Positions 59,990-64,000 of a stretch of DNA of 64,000 nt are shown in pieces (the stretch's first letter is position 1; each line of letters starts with the position of its first letter). Position numbers and translations under genes: made by a program. Under the pieces are notes generated by a model. That model was given only the letters and a program-made list of their open reading frames with translations. It ran no database searches and was not told the DNA's origin. Source of the stretch: Coniocarpon cinnabarinum (taxonomy: Eukaryota); assembly GCA_051942205.1 (NCBI GenBank), contig JAVECO010000112.1, positions 1-64,000 of the forward strand. The letters run 5' to 3'.

Positions 59990-61550
59990 ATGTCTGAGCT
60001 TCGGGAAAGTCCTGTACAGACAGGGAAAGAGGCGCTGCAGCCTTTGTTCAATGTTTGTGTAGGATTTATGGTAGTGGTTAGTCACCTCACCAGCTCCCAC
60101 TGGACCCTCGATAAACCTTACATCACCCAGCACACACTGACAAAAGGCTCAGGATACAGCATTCCTCCTTCTTCGCTTTTACACGGTCTTGTATCTGCGC
60201 CGGAAGCGACTAGCCCTCACGTGGGACGATTGGCTGCTCATTCCGGGTGAGTTCAGCTCATGCCTTGTTCTAAAGTCGAGTCTGAAACCATCGCGGGCTT
60301 GACTGAACTGTGGTTGTCCAATTTTAACGCTCGACAGCGTATCTCATCAACATGGGCATGCTGGCGAATGGTCTCACAATCCAGCAATTCGGAATAAAAA
60401 ATGGCTCTCTTGCGGGCGTTGCGATCACAAATCCAGCTCAAGCTGTTCCAATTTGGAAATGCCTCTTTGTTGTGACGCAGCTGAAAAATCCTTCTTTTGC
60501 CTTCACACGGTTCTCTCTACTGGCCCTTTTCCTTCGATTGTTCCGCAGCCGACTCATACGCTGGACTTGCTACTTCCTCATCGCGTTTGTCGTAGCTCAA
60601 ACAATAGCGTACAACATTGCAGGCGTATTCCAGTGTATTCCTGTCAACTACTTCTGGACTCAAGGGTATAATGATGACAGAGACGGTTCATGCTTCGATT
60701 TCAATATGTGAGCTTCAATCTCCCGCGAATAGATTCTGAGAAGGATAAGTGCTTACGAACTGACTTCATAGGTTCTATCGGGCTTTAGTGCCTCCTGAAA
60801 TATTTGTCGAGTAAGTAAAATCATCAACAATCTGTTCTCGTAGGAGGAACGTCGTCGCGTCGTCGTTTAATGACATGGCAAATGGCAGTGTCGTTCTTAT
60901 CTTTTTGCCCCTTCCTGAAATATGGAAATTGAAGAGCTCGCAAGCTCGCAAGCTGGGACTGACGACCCTTTTCCTATCTGGATGCATTGCGTTGATGAGC
61001 AATTGCGTCCGCTTGAGCTCGTATTGGCAACACACCATCAATGGGGTGAGTACAGCTTCAGCGCCCCGTTTGGCGACTTGGAGACCGCATTGTCAGTGAG
61101 CTGACGGTGCAAAATCAACAGGCGGTGCCGAGCGTGTTGAATGCTATTGTCAGCTGGTGCAATAGCGAAATGTCATGTTGCTTTATCGTCGCCTGCTTGC
61201 CCACCATGCATCCCCTCTTCCAGCGTGTGACTCCCTCTTGGCTACGCCAAGTGGTTCGCCGGCGATGGGCCGGGAAACACCTTCAAACGCGGTCCAAAGA
61301 CGATCTTAGTTCATCATTAGCCTATCGCAGCAACAGCAGCAACGGCTTTCGTCGGCTTGTCGACGCCAATGCAGGCCTCACAAGTCCTGCATTCGGCCAG
61401 TCCCAGCGGTATGGGGCCGAGGCGACTGGCGTTCCAGACGCGGCGGAACTCGAACGGTTTGGTGCTATCAAGGGCGGCGATGGCGTCTTGGTCAAGACTG
61501 AAGTCATCGTCACACAAGAAGACTTGATCGAAGATGTGCTTGGCTTCTAA
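59990..61550 (+). CDS. PTH11-like (fungal rhodopsin-domain) integral membrane protein without CFEM, multi-exon
   Basis: LLRFYT...WDDWLL, RFSLLALFLRLF, FQCIPVNYFW, IFLPLPEIWKL...RKLGL..LF, EMSCCFIVACLPTMHPLF. Confidence 0.85.
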
Positions 61551-61760
61551 AGGGCTTGCTGAAGTGTTCGCACCGTCGGCTGAAATTCCCCCTACTGTGC
61601 CCAAGCTTGTCGCCCATCTCGCGACTCATCTCGTTGGCTGGAAAACCTGTTCAACGGCTAGCTATGAGTGCAGCAAGCCTTCTATTAATACACAAAGTTT
61701 CAGTCCTCCATCTCTTTCATCTTTCAAAATTCAGCAGCCCTCTCACGCAGCATCGACTAA

Positions 61761-63039
61761 CTAGGTGCAAAACCTCTTTCTTCCTTGACTACTGAAACAA
61801 TCTTCAACGATAGTCGCCGCCGTCGCATTGTGCACGGAGAATGTCGGATGAAATTGGTTTGCCTGCATGGACACAGTGAGTAATGGTGACATGGCTTACA
61901 GCATTGCGCCGAATGTGTAAGGTAAACCTGATAAGACGTTTTTACCAATCACTTACCCAGAAATATTGATCCAACGGAGCGCTGCACTCCTTCTCGTCCA
62001 TGAACCACGTTTCTTTGCCAGCAGGAATGAATGGATCATGATTAGGGGCTGCGTATGCTCTGCAGATGCCTGTTGTGTTGCTTAGATGCTGCGTGGCCTC
62101 CACTTCTTTGGAATGCTGTTCAAGCCAAAGAAAAAATTCGTAGACATCAAACACCCACGCATTGACATCCAGATGGCGGTCAGTCAAGTTGGCCCGAAGC
62201 CAATGAAGCTCCTGATTCCACTTCGCGACATCCGCGGTGAGCTGGGGCAGTCGAGCAGGGTTACCGTTGAGCACCATGAAATTTCGATCCACCGTGCCAA
62301 CGTTGAGGAACAAGAAGCTGCGGACACCGGAACCATACAAACGCTCGACCAGCTGCGAGTACCGACGCACGTCCTCCGTCAAATTGAGGGTTTGATGCCT
62401 GATATAAGGACCGACACAATCGTTCACACCAAAGCGAATGATAGCCAGGGTATTGAGTGGGCTCCAGTCCCCATTTGTGAGTCTCTCGGCATACAGCTTG
62501 GTGAAGGTGTTGATTTGATCTGAAAACGAAGGACTTCCGTACGGACTGCCCACAATGCGGTTGTCAATAGTAGCGCCACCCTTGGCAAAGTTGTAATTGA
62601 GCACAAGAGAACGATTGTGCGCAATAGTGAGAAAGTCAGCCCAGTTCGGTCCAAGGAAGCGCTTCTTGGGGAAGGGAGGGTTGCCGAAAGGATTAGCGGC
62701 GGAAGGCTGCTCGAGCTTTGGGTCAAAGGCAGCGTCAGAGAGAGAGTCTCCGAAGGTGAGCAGTCGAGTCACGTCCGACCAGACAAAACCATGAGGATCG
62801 TCCGCAGGAGTAGAGGCATCTCCACTCGCAGGCCTGGCGTCATCTGGGCCAGCAGGAGCTGTGCTGCTCGAAAGCGTGGTGGACAGCCCTTGTCGAAGTG
62901 CTCCAATGTTTTCATGAGGGAGCTTGTAGTTGCGCAGGAGCAAGGTGGACAGACATAGGAAGAGCAGGAGGAAGAGAAAAGCATGGGTGAGGAATGCAAC
63001 AGAGAGCCCGGAGCGAGCGTTGGTCTGGGCTGGGTTCAT
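61761..63039 (-). CDS. SGNH/GDSL hydrolase (CE16 acetylesterase-like); final exon ~61862-61761
   Basis: Block I FGDSLSD, block II YNFAKGGAT, block III FGVND, block V YFW|ANQFHP after a GTAAGT intron; N-terminal hydrophobic segment; start uncertain. Confidence 0.85.
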
Positions 63040-64000
63040 GGCATCGTCGAAGAGGCCCGTACTCAACGATGGTCGAGCGAGACGGGGCGATGAGCTGGCA
63101 GAGACATGACGATGTGACAGGCCGCAGGAGAGGAAGTCGGCAGGTAGGAGAGAGGTGAGTAGGTAGGGTGCCGGAGGGGAGGAGAGGAGAGAAAGATGGA
63201 TGGAGAGAGATTGGGGGATGATTGAGAGCAGGCTGGCCTCGAGGTGCGTGATGCGTGTGTGGATATGTTGGAGGCCAGGAGAGAATCATACAGTCGACGT
63301 GCAGCCAATGGCGGTGGCGGAGCAGGAGCGTCGGTGACCCCTTGCTGCTGCTGCTGTTGCTGCTGCCGCCTCTCCTTATCGACGACCGTTGAAACGTTGA
63401 GGCCCTTCTCCGACGGTGTGCTGCTGTGCGACGCTCCTGATGCAGCGAGGCAGTGCTTGACCGCCGGACCTGCAGGGCCCCCAGCCGGCAAAAGAGGTGA
63501 GGCTGCTCCTGCGCCTAGCCGGACCTGCGTCTGAGCATGTCAGGTATTCGTTGAGCGATAGCATCAATACTCCCATGCTTGCATGCCGCCCGTCGCCGCG
63601 CAGACAATGCCGGCGACCTACCTTACCCACCTTACCGACCTGCCCATCGCCCACGCACACATCGCGTCCAGACCGTCCGCGATCCTTCGGGCTAGCGGTG
63701 CCGACGGGGATTCGGCCAACCTAGATTGCGAGACTGACCAGCTGTCTGCACGTGCCCTTGGCTGGGCATACCTACCTACCTATCGCGCTGGTGGTCACGC
63801 CCCTGTTGCAGCTTAGCTCGTTTGCCTGGGCTGCCGTTTACGGATCGCGGTCAGGATGAGCGCGCCCAAGGCGTCAGTGGTCTCTGCAACGGTACGGAGT
63901 ACCTGGGCCGAAGTCTCCTCGGCCAAGCCCCCAAACTCTCATTGCTGTAGCTGGCGCGCCCTCCCAGGCGGCACCTGGCTGTCACGCTCGCGCTCCCTTG

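Noticed and set aside
63343..63366. (CTG)n and (CAG)n microsatellites (also 539-557) and the GCTCCGCCCC repeat near 57385-57410
   Set aside because: Ordinary short simple repeats with no supported coding or regulatory role
1..64000. CRISPR arrays, tRNA/rRNA, secondary-metabolite cluster or prokaryotic defence systems
   Set aside because: None seen; the content is fungal housekeeping and regulatory genes with spliceosomal introns

Overview
Eukaryotic, gene-dense DNA from a filamentous ascomycete (Pezizomycotina-like). It has short spliceosomal introns with CTRAC/CTAAY branch sites, so many ORF-track entries are single exons. About 25 protein genes are supportable: RPT3, ECO1, a GH47 mannosidase, a tyrosine phosphatase, a VanZ-like protein, SPT7, complex I TYKY/NDUFS8, RRP14, a conserved hypothetical, mitochondrial IF2, GIG1/DUF3605, an OSBP-related protein, a Zn2Cys6 factor, a DUF3405 protein, SRK1/RCK2 kinase, DHH1, a DUF155 protein, a YMC1-like carrier, MRP4, white collar-1, two small proteins, an atypical Ras, a PTH11-like membrane protein and an SGNH/CE16-like esterase. 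No rRNA, tRNA or CRISPR was seen. The most notable signals outside the gene list are: a ~460-bp RIP-scarred Tc1/mariner-type MITE (TA-CAGT...ACTG-TA) just upstream of IF2; an indel-free, still-open tandem copy of the last 38 codons plus stop of SPT7 lying 4 nt after the real stop in the +1 frame; a small gene whose ATG is created only by splicing and that also has a GC-AG intron; a symmetric 57-nt candidate cassette exon in SRK1; a Ras lacking CaaX; and a (CAAGGGAG)n array with G-quadruplex potential. No wholly new multi-gene system is evident. All exon models were read by eye and family names come from recognised motifs, not database searches.
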